Part shown: in pieces, positions 8,386 to 18,734 of the stretch
How the letters are laid out: each line of letters opens with the position of its first letter
How positions within the stretch are numbered: the stretch's first letter is position 1
Origin: a candidate division WOR-3 bacterium
GTDB taxonomy: Bacteria; Hydrothermota; Tepidihabitantia; Tepidihabitantales; Tepidihabitantaceae
Reading direction: 5' to 3'
DNA length: 64,000 bases
Assembly (NCBI GenBank): GCA_965649295.1
Contig: CBFGKH010000006.1
Span: forward strand, 64,001-128,000
The notes under the pieces: model-generated
Told to the model about the DNA's origin: nothing
The model's input: only the letters and a program-made list of their open reading frames with translations
The model's database searches: none
Made by a program: the position numbers and the translations under genes

Positions 8386-9354
8386 ATGAACCGCAACAAA
8401 CCGCTAGTGCTCGCAGCGGTTGCGCTGCTGATGGCGTTCTTCGCTGTCGGCTGCGACAGGCTGTGGAACGATCAGCCTGGCAAGACCAATGCAGCGTGGC
8501 ACTGGGTACCTGGTGGGCCGGCATATGTTGATTGGATGATGTCAGGAAGCTCAATCATCGGTCAGGTCAAAATTGAGCGGCCGACAGGTCCGCAACTCAA
8601 TGCCGGGTTCCAGATGTTCGGTACCCGGAAGATGACCAAGACCCATGTCCACGTCGCGACTTCGGCAATCGGCATTCCCTCCAACGTGAATAACTGGCAG
8701 TACAAGGTGACGCACAACCCGGCTAAGACCCAGTACACGCAGCCAGTCGCCTGGCAGTCGGCCTGGGACGGAGCCAACAAGCTGTACGTCGGCATGTACG
8801 CCCAGTTCACCGGTGGCGGGGACTGCAGCACGTGGAAGCAGATCTACACTTGGACGGTCACCATCCCGTACAAGGACGTTGACCTGCCCTACCACATCGT
8901 CACCTTCTTCGGCCAGCACCCGAACGGAACCTACAGCTACTGGAAGTTCAAGTTCAGTGGCATCGGGCCCGGATATGACGTTGTGGACGGTCAGTGGTAT
9001 GCTGGCTGGTGCATGGAGCAAACTCACTACATGAACCAGAACCAGAACTACCTGGCGGTACTCTGGTCAACGCTTGAGGCCCGTCTGCCCATCCGTCTGC
9101 AGAATGCCGGCTGGGACAATGTCAACTACCTGCTCAACAACAAGCATCCGAACGCGACGCTCTGGGACATCCAGGCCGCAATCTGGTACCTGCTGGGCAA
9201 CGGTGGCTATCCGTCGGACCCTGAGGCTCAGGCAATGGTGGCAGACGCCCTTGCCAACGGCGACGGGTTCAAGCCTTCGGGCGGTCAGTTGCTCGCGGTT
9301 GCTCTCGAACCGATCTGCGAACGGCAGGTAGTGTTCATTGAGCTCGATCCGTGA
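8386..9354 (+). CDS. Lipoprotein with putative Cys-Gln thioester domain (paralogue 1)
   Basis: AAGGAGG RBS; lipobox FAVG-C; GWCMEQ, DIQAAIWYL and terminal RQVVFIE motifs. Confidence 0.72.
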   Translation: MNRNKPLVLAAVALLMAFFAVGCDRLWNDQPGKTNAAWHWVPGGPAYVDWMMSGSSIIGQVKIERPTGPQLNAGFQMFGTRKMTKTHVHVATSAIGIPSNVNNWQYKVTHNPAKTQYTQPVAWQSAWDGANKLYVGMYAQFTGGGDCSTWKQIYTWTVTIPYKDVDLPYHIVTFFGQHPNGTYSYWKFKFSGIGPGYDVVDGQWYAGWCMEQTHYMNQNQNYLAVLWSTLEARLPIRLQNAGWDNVNYLLNNKHPNATLWDIQAAIWYLLGNGGYPSDPEAQAMVADALANGDGFKPSGGQLLAVALEPICERQVVFIELDP

Positions 9355-9381
9355 TGCGAGCATAAGCACTAACACAGAAGC

Positions 9382-9414
9382 GCAGGGGGGCGGAGACGCC
9401 CTCCTGCAGTTTTT
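9382..9414 (+). terminator. Intrinsic terminator
   Basis: GCAGGGGGGCG-GAGA-CGCCCTCCTGC then AGTTTTT. Confidence 0.8.
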
Positions 9415-9575
9415 GCCGGCGGTTCATATGTGCTGCCGGCGGCCCCCCCCATTACTCCGGCACCGACAATCCCATTCGACCAGGCTGTGCTGAACCACCA
9501 ACGGTGACCAGCTTGACCCTGACTGACCCACAAACTAGCATATACTGTCTGTTCCTACGCAATCCAGGAGGACCC

Positions 9576-12173
9576 TTGAGTCGTTTCGTTCTATTACTCT
9601 GCGTCGGAATCACCTTGGCGCTAGCTGGTGAGTTCCTTGGCCTTGTGCCTGCTGCCCGGCCAGATGAAATTGCCGGCAACTACCGTGTGGTTGGTCAGAC
9701 TGCCAATGGCGTACTCGTCATCGGCAACACCGCTAGTGAGAGAGATTTTGCCAACCGCGCCGGCCGCTACCTTGCCGTTGACCTAAAGGAGCACGAGTTC
9801 TATCGTGTCCGGTTGATTGAACCGGCGGCACGACCTGCCCTCGCCGCGGTCAGTCGCATTCTCGACTTCGATGGCAACGAGTATCTCGTCCAAATCAGGC
9901 CAAGCGAGGTCGAGAAGCTGATGAACCTGCCGGCTGAGCTTGCTCGCCTCAATCTCCGCGGCTGGGTCTTTACCGACAAACATCCGCAACTGCCTCGCGT
10001 TCTCGCCAATCCGCTCATCGAGCAGCTAGTTGCGAGCGTCAATCCCGATTCAGTGCTGGCCGTTGTCCGGCGCTTGCAGAACTACCGCAACCGCTACTCG
10101 ACCGGCGACTCCTGCCGCGCTGCTGCCCAGTGGATCAAGACGAAACTGAACGCCTACGGCTGCGACACGGTGATTCTTGAAAACCATACATCCGGTCATG
10201 CGCCCAACGTCATCGGCATCAAATATGGCACCCGTGGCCAACGCAACCCCTATGCGATTGTCTGCGGCCACTTTGACTCCTATGCTGCAACTAACGCGCC
10301 CGGTGCCGACGACAATGCCTCCGGCACTGCCGCCGTGATTGAAGCAGCCCGGGTGACGCAGGGCTACCGGTTCACCAACGACCTCCGCTTCATTGCCTTC
10401 TCCGGTGAGGAGTTCGGTCTCTACGGTAGCGACTACTACGCGACCCAGGCCCGCAACCGCGGGGACTCGATTCTCGGCGTAATCAACTTCGACATGATTG
10501 GTTACGTTGACGCTGCGCCGGAGTATCTTGACCTCGTGACCAAGATTGCCAACCCGCCCTGCGGCCCGTTCTCGGCCTGGTTCACGGCGGTTGCCGACAC
10601 CTATACCACTCTGCGCTGCTCAACGCAGATGGTTAGTGACAACCAGAACTCGGACCACGGCCCGTTCTGGAGCAACGGCTACGTCGCCTTCTGCGGCATC
10701 GAAGACTTCTGGCCGACCAACCCCCACTATCACACGAGCCACGACTCAATCGGCGCCGGTTACAACAACAACGCTTTCTGCACCGAGGTCACCAGGTCCG
10801 GCGTCGCCGCGCTTGCCACACTCGGGCAGCCGGTGCCACTAAACCAGCCGCTTGTCGGTATCCGCTCCACCCGCGTTGACGACGCGGCTGGCAACAACAA
10901 CAACCGCTGGGATGCCGGCGAAAGCGTTGCCGTCTATGTCATCCTCCGAAACTTCGGCATGGTTCCCGCCACCAATGTCAGCGCCACTGTCAGCACCAGC
11001 GACCCCTATGTGACGCTCTACAGCACGACCGCCGCTTACGGCACCATCAACGGCCTCGACACCGCTCTTCCGCAGGCTCCGTTGACGATGCGTGCCGCTC
11101 CGACTACGCCCCGCGAGCACGAAGCAAGCTTCACGCTCAATATCACTGCTGCCGAGACAACCTGGGTCACCAGCTTTGTCCTGCGCATCGGCGAGTATCT
11201 TGTCACCGACCCGATACCTGATGGCCCCCGCCAGCCGCCGCTCTACTGGGCCTACGATAACATTGACACTGCCTATCCACCGCATCCGACTTACAACTGG
11301 GTCGAGATTCGCTCGCAGGGCACTCGCCTCAGCTTTCCTCAGAATGATAACGTCGTGCTGGTCAACCTGCCAGCCGGTTTTGGGCCGATAAAGTTCTACG
11401 GCAACCGCTACACTCAGATATCGGTTTCTGCTGATGGCTGGATTGCGATGGGCAACTACACCACCAGCAACTACTCCAACACCGGCCTGCCCAATACTGC
11501 TGCGCCGCGGGCTGCGGTCTTTGCCAACTGGGACGACCTCTACCCTGAATACGGCGGTTCCGGTTACATCTACTGGTATCATGACGCCGCTAACCACCGG
11601 CTGATTGTCGAATATGACTCGGTTGCCTATTACAATCCGACTTCGGTTCGTGACAAGTTCCAGGTGATATTCTACGACACCACCCTGGCCTCACCTGACG
11701 GCAACAACGTCATCGTTGTCCAGTATAAGACCGCCAACCGCTTATCCAGTTCAACCACTGGCATTCAGGACCAAACTCAGACCATCGGCATCCAGAACCT
11801 CTACAACGGCAGCTACAGTCGCGGCGCGGCCACGATTGTCCCGGGCTCGGCCGTAAAGTATGTCACCGACGCACCAGTCGGACTGGCTGAAATACCACCC
11901 AGTCGGCCGCTCGCCGAACCGGCGCTGACCATTGGCCGGCACCCGCTACTTGGTCCCACGCGTATCGCCTTTCTACTGCCAACCGAGGGCCAGCTTGAGC
12001 TAGCGCTGTTCGACCAGTCCGGTCGCCGGGTCAGTCTGCTTGCCACCGGCCGTTACAGCTCTGGCTGGCACTCGCTTGAGTTCGACCCTACTGGTCTCCG
12101 GGCCGGAGTCTATTTCCTGCGCCTGACTGCGGCCGGCCTGAATAGAACCGTCAAGGCTGTTATCGCCCAGTAG
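9576..12173 (+). CDS. M28 family Zn aminopeptidase with Ig-like domains and C-terminal sorting domain
   Basis: GHFDS, PGADDNASG, FSGEEFGLYGS, INFDMIG, SDHGPF, HYHT; C-terminus AGVYFLRL..KAVIAQ; TTG start at 9576 after AGGAGG. Confidence 0.9.
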   Translation: MSRFVLLLCVGITLALAGEFLGLVPAARPDEIAGNYRVVGQTANGVLVIGNTASERDFANRAGRYLAVDLKEHEFYRVRLIEPAARPALAAVSRILDFDGNEYLVQIRPSEVEKLMNLPAELARLNLRGWVFTDKHPQLPRVLANPLIEQLVASVNPDSVLAVVRRLQNYRNRYSTGDSCRAAAQWIKTKLNAYGCDTVILENHTSGHAPNVIGIKYGTRGQRNPYAIVCGHFDSYAATNAPGADDNASGTAAVIEAARVTQGYRFTNDLRFIAFSGEEFGLYGSDYYATQARNRGDSILGVINFDMIGYVDAAPEYLDLVTKIANPPCGPFSAWFTAVADTYTTLRCSTQMVSDNQNSDHGPFWSNGYVAFCGIEDFWPTNPHYHTSHDSIGAGYNNNAFCTEVTRSGVAALATLGQPVPLNQPLVGIRSTRVDDAAGNNNNRWDAGESVAVYVILRNFGMVPATNVSATVSTSDPYVTLYSTTAAYGTINGLDTALPQAPLTMRAAPTTPREHEASFTLNITAAETTWVTSFVLRIGEYLVTDPIPDGPRQPPLYWAYDNIDTAYPPHPTYNWVEIRSQGTRLSFPQNDNVVLVNLPAGFGPIKFYGNRYTQISVSADGWIAMGNYTTSNYSNTGLPNTAAPRAAVFANWDDLYPEYGGSGYIYWYHDAANHRLIVEYDSVAYYNPTSVRDKFQVIFYDTTLASPDGNNVIVVQYKTANRLSSSTTGIQDQTQTIGIQNLYNGSYSRGAATIVPGSAVKYVTDAPVGLAEIPPSRPLAEPALTIGRHPLLGPTRIAFLLPTEGQLELALFDQSGRRVSLLATGRYSSGWHSLEFDPTGLRAGVYFLRLTAAGLNRTVKAVIAQ

Positions 12174-12192
12174 CCGCTGAGCGGTGTACAAA

Positions 12193-12222
12193 GCGAGGCG
12201 CGGCCAGTTGGCCGCGCCTCGC
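12193..12222. terminator. Hairpin between convergent genes (probable bidirectional terminator)
   Basis: Inverted repeat GCGAGGCGCGGCCA/TGGCCGCGCCTCGC. Confidence 0.7.
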
Positions 12223-12238
12223 GTAGTGTCCGGTTAGC

Positions 12239-14065
12239 CTAGCGGACGAGCACGAGCTTGTGGATCTCGTTCGCCGAACTCGTATTGAGCTTCACGAAGT
12301 ACATGCCCGCGTTCAATCCGTCGAGCGAGACCTGCACATCGCGGCCGCAGAGCTCGACCGACTTGACGATATTGCCCGCGAGGTCATAAACCTGAGCCGA
12401 GCCCTTGCCGAGCCTGGCTGACAGATCAATGACGTTCTTCGTGTAGGGTGTCGGCAGCGAAAGCCGCGGACTGGCAACCTCGGGCCGGCGACCTTCGTTC
12501 ACGCCGAGATACGGCGGATAGTAGAACAGCACCGACACGTTCGCAGCCGGAACGTGGTTGGCCGGCGCACCGTTGTAGCAATACTGATGGAACCAGTTCG
12601 AGGCACCAGTCAGGCCCTGGATACCAATCGTGTTCGAGTTAGTCGTGGCCGGGACTGCCTGATAGTTGAAGCGAATCCGGCCTTGATTATCAATGATGCA
12701 CTGGGCCGTCAGCGTACCCGTGCCCGAGTAGGGCGGAACATTGACGAACGCGAAGACCGTGTAGTCATTGGTCGGGCTGTTGTACTGATAGACCGTCCCG
12801 CCCGCGCCCGGGTTCATATCGTCCCAGTAGAAGGCAATCATGTTCGGGATTGACGCCTGCGGAAGGGTGGCATTCGTATAGGTCGTAGCTGTACCAGTCT
12901 CAAGGAACCCGTTGGTGCAGATGTTGATACCATTCAGGTTCTGCCCGTAGTAGGGGAAAGTGAACGGCAGAGTGCGAACGCTGTAACCGTCGTCACTCGA
13001 ACCAGTCCAAGTCGTAATCGGCGTACCCGCGGTCGGGTCAATCCAGTTGTAGGTGACCGTGTCGCCTTCCTGAGTTGACTCGTAGATGTAGCCGAACCCA
13101 TCTGGGTCTGAGCCACGGCGGCAGATTGCCCGCGCCGTGCGAACGTCATTCGCCGGATTCTCGTCACCGACCAGCGCGGTCGAGATGGTCGTAATCAGTA
13201 CGTCGCCGACGTCGGGTACAGTCGAGCCGATGTTAATGCGGGCGGTGGCATTCGGCGCCAGGCCAGTAATTGTCGTATCGCCCTCGAACAGGTTTACGCC
13301 CGCGAGCGAGTCAAGCACCTCGTAGTGCACATCAAACGTCTCGGTGTTGGTCCCATAGTTCTTGACCATACCCTCAAACACCGCGGTCTCACCAACCCGG
13401 ATACGACCAGACGGGCTGACCGACAGTACGCCGACGTCATGCGCCAAGCTCTGGGTCGTGATGATTGCCCGGATATTCCAGTTGTAGTTCAGGCCATAGT
13501 CAGCAAGCTGTGACCACGCGCCCTGGAAGTAGATCCAGCCACCGCGGGTCGGCACCATCGGCCCAGCATCAACGCCGAGCGGATAGACACCCGCCGCGTG
13601 GGTCATTCGCGGACCAAGCCAGAAATCTTCATTGGCGTTCATCGGAATCGGCGCGGCAAAGTTAACCCGCTTCCAGACCGAATCGCCCGCACCCGGGTAA
13701 TTGGCTGAGTCAAGCAGCGGCCCCGGCTGGGAAGTCGACCCTGCGCCCCAAACGAAAGCCTTCTCATTGCTCGAAGCCTGATACTGGAAGAACAGCAGGG
13801 CAACAAGCTGACAGTTCTCGGTCGGAGTGAATCGGACTGCACCGGTGTAGGTACCGCCGGCAGTCAGACCGATGGCATCAGCGTTCGGGCCGTCATAGTG
13901 CAACGTCTCCTCGTCGTCAACGCCGCCCCAGGTCGGCTCGAGAATCATCTCGCGCGGGCCAAGATTGGCCTTGGCGAATACCGCCAGGTCGGCCGAGGCC
14001 TTGGCAAACACCGGCACGGCAAATGCCAGCAGCAAGGCCGCCATTACGATCACGTGTCTCTTCAC
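12239..14065 (-). CDS. Secreted protein with CARDB-like and beta-sandwich domains and C-terminal sorting domain
   Basis: GTG start after AAGGAG; signal peptide; HDVGVLSV..GDENPAND; GSDPDGFGY..LPFTFPYYG..AFYWDD domain also present in the M28 protein; AGMYFVKL..KLVLVR. Confidence 0.8.
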   Translation of the reverse strand: MKRHVIVMAALLLAFAVPVFAKASADLAVFAKANLGPREMILEPTWGGVDDEETLHYDGPNADAIGLTAGGTYTGAVRFTPTENCQLVALLFFQYQASSNEKAFVWGAGSTSQPGPLLDSANYPGAGDSVWKRVNFAAPIPMNANEDFWLGPRMTHAAGVYPLGVDAGPMVPTRGGWIYFQGAWSQLADYGLNYNWNIRAIITTQSLAHDVGVLSVSPSGRIRVGETAVFEGMVKNYGTNTETFDVHYEVLDSLAGVNLFEGDTTITGLAPNATARINIGSTVPDVGDVLITTISTALVGDENPANDVRTARAICRRGSDPDGFGYIYESTQEGDTVTYNWIDPTAGTPITTWTGSSDDGYSVRTLPFTFPYYGQNLNGINICTNGFLETGTATTYTNATLPQASIPNMIAFYWDDMNPGAGGTVYQYNSPTNDYTVFAFVNVPPYSGTGTLTAQCIIDNQGRIRFNYQAVPATTNSNTIGIQGLTGASNWFHQYCYNGAPANHVPAANVSVLFYYPPYLGVNEGRRPEVASPRLSLPTPYTKNVIDLSARLGKGSAQVYDLAGNIVKSVELCGRDVQVSLDGLNAGMYFVKLNTSSANEIHKLVLVR

Positions 14066-14251
14066 TTCGGACTCCTTTAGGTTTGTGATTTTCTACCGTG
14101 GTCCTGCGCGGGGCACCACACCTAACCGCGCCTTGGGGAACCGGCCATTGCCGGCGCCTCAGCCACAAGCCCATTATACACCCCCTTAACAGTCCAAGTC
14201 AAGGCCAGAACCGAGCCAGCCACGAGTCGCTGCAACAAAGAACTGCCGCCG

Positions 14252-15598
14252 CTACTCAGTTGGAAAGACCGACAACTGCGGCGACCGGTAGTACCGGGCT
14301 GCGCGACCGCGGCCACGCAGGACCAGTCGCTGCTTCTTGACGAGACCTGCCAGCAGATAACCGGCCTGGGCTGGACTGATTCGCAATAGTGTCCGCACAA
14401 TCTCGTTCGTGACGTAGCGCTTCTCTTCGGGCCCGGTCAAGCTTGCCAGGTATTCGAGAATTGCGCTCTCGGCGTAGGCCGCCTCGGCCCGGCGAAACAG
14501 CGAGTAGCTGACACTGCCCCGCAGCTGCTGATAGACCTGCTTTGACAGCCGATAGACACGGCCCTTCTTTTGGCCGAACGGTTCAAGCAATCCCTTCAGC
14601 ACCATCGAGCTAAGAACCTCGCGCGTCTCGTTCTCGCCGCGCTGGAGGATGCGCTCGGCCTCGCCAAGATCAATCTCGCGGTTCCGCTTCAGATACGATA
14701 GCACCAGCAGCTCATACAGCGTCGGCTCCCGGCCCTCCTGGTGCCGGTTCATCACAAACCGCGCAAAAGTCTCGTCAATCCCGCCCGCGCCCGACGCTGG
14801 CTTCCGTCTGGGCCCAGTCTCCTCAACCCGGCCGCTGCGCAAGACCACCCGCACGAAATCGGCGCCAGCCTCATAACTCGGCGGCTCCTTACCATAGGCA
14901 AGCAGGATATGATACATCCGCCTGACACCCATTCCGGCTCGCTCGACCAGCCGAATCTTCTGCAGCAACTGACAGAGCAGCCGGTTGCGGCTGACCGGTT
15001 CGTGGCCAAGAATGTTGGCAACCGTCACATCGCCCCAGAATCCACCGGGGTTGGCAATCTCAATCCGGTCGGCAAAATGGCGCACATAGACCGGCGCACC
15101 AATCCGGTAGTCACGATGGGCAAAGGCATTGAGCAATGCCTCGCGACAGACCTCCTCGGGAAAATCGGGAATCTCGAAGTGAAACAGGCCGAACTTCAGG
15201 GTCGTTATCCGATTATGCGGCTCGATTGCCGCGGCAAACTGCTCAAGCACCCCCAGCAACGGCCGGGCTGAGTCAACGCGGCGGTCGTATTCAGTGTCGC
15301 TTTTCATGTGCAGATAGACCGCCTCATGCCCGGGCAGTGCCTTTCTGATTGCTTCCTCCTTACCCACCACCAGCAGACCCGCCACAGTCAGCCGCAACCC
15401 ATCGTCTGGCACCACCGCTCCCAGCCGCAAGAGCAACTCCTCATCACCCAACCCGAGCAGCGCCGAAGTCGGCTCCTTACCGGCCAGAATCCGCCGCAGC
15501 CGCTCGACCTCCAGCCGATCAATTGCCTCCGGCCCCAGCTCAAGCACCTGGGCCGAGAAATCAGGCTCCGAAACTGCACTGTCGGTTGGAACAGCCAT
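14252..15598 (-). CDS. RecG-C-terminal-like (HATPase_c_4) ATP-binding protein with winged-helix domains, lacking N-terminal AlbA_2 domain
   Basis: FPEEVCREALLNAFAHRDY, IEIANPGG, SRNRLL, VERAGMGVRRM, two wHTH-like ends (GQKKGRVYRL, GRGRAARY). Confidence 0.8.
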   Translation of the reverse strand: MAVPTDSAVSEPDFSAQVLELGPEAIDRLEVERLRRILAGKEPTSALLGLGDEELLLRLGAVVPDDGLRLTVAGLLVVGKEEAIRKALPGHEAVYLHMKSDTEYDRRVDSARPLLGVLEQFAAAIEPHNRITTLKFGLFHFEIPDFPEEVCREALLNAFAHRDYRIGAPVYVRHFADRIEIANPGGFWGDVTVANILGHEPVSRNRLLCQLLQKIRLVERAGMGVRRMYHILLAYGKEPPSYEAGADFVRVVLRSGRVEETGPRRKPASGAGGIDETFARFVMNRHQEGREPTLYELLVLSYLKRNREIDLGEAERILQRGENETREVLSSMVLKGLLEPFGQKKGRVYRLSKQVYQQLRGSVSYSLFRRAEAAYAESAILEYLASLTGPEEKRYVTNEIVRTLLRISPAQAGYLLAGLVKKQRLVLRGRGRAARYYRSPQLSVFPTE

Positions 15599-15652
15599 TG
15601 CTTGGGCCAATCCTACGGCTTCAACCCATCGCCGTCAACCAGTTCAGCCAGG

Positions 15653-17005
15653 TCAGTCCTCGCCGACCGCCCGTCGTATTGACCGCTCCAACCGCGCCCG
15701 CAGATTGGGCGTGAAACCGGCATGGATGTCGCTGATTCTTCCCTTGCGATCAACCACCACCACTGTCGGAAAACCGGTAACGCCATACTTCCGGTACGTC
15801 TCGCCGCAGAGTAGGTTGAGATACGAAAGCCTGAGCTTCTCGACCACGAATCGAGCATCAGCCACATCCTTGTCCGTGTTCATCCCGATAACCGTCACCG
15901 CCCTTGCCGGATACTCCCGGGCCAGCGAGTCGAGCACCGGCATCGCCCGAATACACCACGGACAGGCCCGATACCAGAAGTCGAGCAGCAGCACCCGGCC
16001 CCGGAAGTCCTTCAGTCGCCGCACCCGACCATCGAGGTCTGGTAAGGTCCAAGCCGGTGCCGGTTGGCCGATAAGTTCAAGCCGAGACCTGGTCTGGGCC
16101 AAAAGCTCTGGCACCGACTGCTGATGTCTAGCCTGCTCCTCACGCAACAACCCGACAACTGCCGAATCACTCACCCTTGCCATTGCCCTAACCAAGACGC
16201 TCTCGGCCTTGTTCCAGACAACCGACAACGTGTCGTGGTGCTCAAGCGCCGCGTCGGTAATGCTGTCATACTCCCGCTTTGCCGCAAAGAACCGACCCAG
16301 GTCCGCCACCAACGTTCGGAGTCGGTCTGCCTCGAAACTCCCGACCGAGTCAAGTACCGCAACCGAAGTCTGCCGACTCTCACCCAGCCCAGCATCGCTG
16401 CGCGCCTGACTCTCCCGCCGCACCACAAGACCCTGCCGAGTATTGAACAGCACCTCGGCAGTTGAACGAATCCCATAAACGCTATCCAGCGGCGATGAGT
16501 TCTCCATCCGGAACAGCCAGATGCTGTCGCGCAGGTTCTTGTTCTCCAACTTGACAAAACTTGCCTCTTTCAGGCTCGTATCGGTCACGATCAGCCAGCC
16601 ACGCTTGGCCCGTACCGTGTCCGGCGGCAGCGGCGGGAACAGTGACTGCGGGTCAGCATCACCGGCCTCCTGCAGTTTTCTCACTTCGCGGTCTAGCTCG
16701 AACAACGCCCAGCTCACCTTTCCCGGCAGCTCAGTGCGCGTTCCATCCGGTTTGGTCTGATAGCCCTTATCCTCAGCCCGACCAACCAGTTGCCAGACCG
16801 GAAAACCGGCAACCGAATCAATCCGACCGACAACGTAGAACTCCCATTGTCGCGTTCTTCGGCGCGACCCTTGGCCGAAGTGCGACTCGCTCGTCACCGT
16901 GTAGCAGAGCTTCTTCCCCGGTGCCAACTGATAGGACGGCATCACAAATTCGGCTGCCACCACTCCACTGGCGAGCAGAATCATCAACCATCGTCCTGTC
17001 ACCAT
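15653..17005 (-). CDS. Exported protein with C-terminal TlpA-like disulfide reductase domain
   Basis: Signal peptide; GQPAPAWTLPDLDG..LLDFWYRACPWCIRAMP..YGVTGFPT; GAGGAG RBS. Confidence 0.88.
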   Translation of the reverse strand: MVTGRWLMILLASGVVAAEFVMPSYQLAPGKKLCYTVTSESHFGQGSRRRTRQWEFYVVGRIDSVAGFPVWQLVGRAEDKGYQTKPDGTRTELPGKVSWALFELDREVRKLQEAGDADPQSLFPPLPPDTVRAKRGWLIVTDTSLKEASFVKLENKNLRDSIWLFRMENSSPLDSVYGIRSTAEVLFNTRQGLVVRRESQARSDAGLGESRQTSVAVLDSVGSFEADRLRTLVADLGRFFAAKREYDSITDAALEHHDTLSVVWNKAESVLVRAMARVSDSAVVGLLREEQARHQQSVPELLAQTRSRLELIGQPAPAWTLPDLDGRVRRLKDFRGRVLLLDFWYRACPWCIRAMPVLDSLAREYPARAVTVIGMNTDKDVADARFVVEKLRLSYLNLLCGETYRKYGVTGFPTVVVVDRKGRISDIHAGFTPNLRARLERSIRRAVGED

Positions 17006-17603
17006 TTTACTGCTCCTCTCGGTAAGACCGACGCTTTTCTATTCGCCATGCATCCCTGGTTCCCTCGTCACCCTCTTTGCCAGAATCTACACCGACCAAT
17101 CCGGGTGGTCAACGCAAAGAAACGGATAGGCCTGATGGCTGGGCCAATCAGGGACGGGTTTGCAGTCAGCCATCATTAGCCTGACGGGAACCCACCCCCA
17201 AACAGGGACATAACCCCTGGCCCAAGCCCAGCCAAGGTGATTGTAGGAAAGCAGCCGCCGGGCATGGTTACAGACGACAACCAAAGCCCAACCGGAAAGA
17301 GAAAAGCAGGCAGCCTGGCCAGCACCTTCAGGAACTATTCTCGGAAGAACGAGGGGAACTGTCTGGGGGATGGGGTGTCAAGAAATGCTCCCAAGACCTA
17401 ACCCAATGCTTTGGAGTCAGTTACATCAAGCTATCACCTCAGCCGGTTGTGAACTTAAAAGTACACAAACCGACCTTGGCCGGCACTCTTCTCCTCGGCT
17501 TCTGACCCACGCCCACTTGCGGTCAGAATTGCTCAAACCGGGTTCGTTGCCCGCCATTGCAGCTTGACAATCTATGGCTAGTAGGCCAGAGTGTTAGATA
17601 GCG

Positions 17604-18725
17604 ATGTTCAGGACTGCTGCTGCCTCGCTGCTGCTCTGCTCGCTGGCTACTGCCCGCTTCGAGTTTGGCGGTCAGGCATCGGTTTGGCTTGGTGCCGGCT
17701 ACAATACGGCCTGGTTCGGCCAAGGCGGGCTCCGCTATCTTCCTGACCTGCAGCTCTCGCTGCCGCTAAACGAACAATTCACGCTCGACGCCGACGCATC
17801 AGCCAACGGCCATATTTCCGGGCTTGCGCGAACCGTGCAGACCGAATTCGATGCCCGGCTGAAGCCATATCGCGCGTACCTGCGCCTCTCCTCTGCCCGC
17901 TTCGAGAGTCGCATAGGCCTACAGCAGCTCAACTTCGGTTCGGCGATACTCCTGCGGCCGCTGCGATGGTTCGACCGGCTCGATCCGCGTGACCCGCTCG
18001 GGATGACCGACGGCGTCTTGGCACTGCTCGGCCGCTACTACTTCCAGAACAACACCAACCTCTGGGCCTGGGGTCTCATCGGCAATTCGTCGCCCAAAGG
18101 CTGGGAGCAGTACGGGTCCGAACGCTGGGCGCCGGAGTTCGGCGGCCGGGCACAGTTGCCGGTGCCGCGCGGCGAACTGGCCGCGACCTTTCACCATCGT
18201 CGCTTCAATACCCAAGTGCCCTACTGGCAGCGAGTCGCAACGCTAGCTGTCACTGAGGACCGGCTTGGTCTCGACGGCAAGTGGGACCTGGGCATCGGCC
18301 TGAGCTTCGAAGCCAGCCTTCAGCGCCAGCACTTTGGCCGGCCCGGTGACTACCTGGACTGGCAGCGGGCTGTCACTCTTGGTCTCGACTACACCTTTGG
18401 CATCGGCTCGGGGTTCGGACTGCAGGTTGAGCAGATGGTCACGGCTCGGGCTGACGAACCACTTGGCCGCAGCTACTCGGGCGAGCGTCAGGTCACGGCC
18501 CTCGTGCTCTCCTACCCGATCAGCCTGCTCGACAACCTGCGCGGGTTCGTTTACTTCGACTGGCGGGAACACAGCCTGTATCGGTTCGTGAGCTGGCAGC
18601 GAACCTATGACCGCTGGCTCTGGAGCGTATCCGCGTTCTGGAACCCGGACCGGCCGAGCGCATTCGTCGGTACAACCAACACCGCCGGCAAAGGGCTCGT
18701 GTTCACCCTTGCACTAAACCATTAG
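17604..18725 (+). CDS. Probable outer-membrane beta-barrel protein
   Basis: Signal peptide, alternating aromatic beta-strands, RIGLQQLNFGSA..DPRDPL..DGV; heads the ABC operon. Confidence 0.6.
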   Translation: MFRTAAASLLLCSLATARFEFGGQASVWLGAGYNTAWFGQGGLRYLPDLQLSLPLNEQFTLDADASANGHISGLARTVQTEFDARLKPYRAYLRLSSARFESRIGLQQLNFGSAILLRPLRWFDRLDPRDPLGMTDGVLALLGRYYFQNNTNLWAWGLIGNSSPKGWEQYGSERWAPEFGGRAQLPVPRGELAATFHHRRFNTQVPYWQRVATLAVTEDRLGLDGKWDLGIGLSFEASLQRQHFGRPGDYLDWQRAVTLGLDYTFGIGSGFGLQVEQMVTARADEPLGRSYSGERQVTALVLSYPISLLDNLRGFVYFDWREHSLYRFVSWQRTYDRWLWSVSAFWNPDRPSAFVGTTNTAGKGLVFTLALNH

Positions 18726-18734
18726 GAGACAAAG

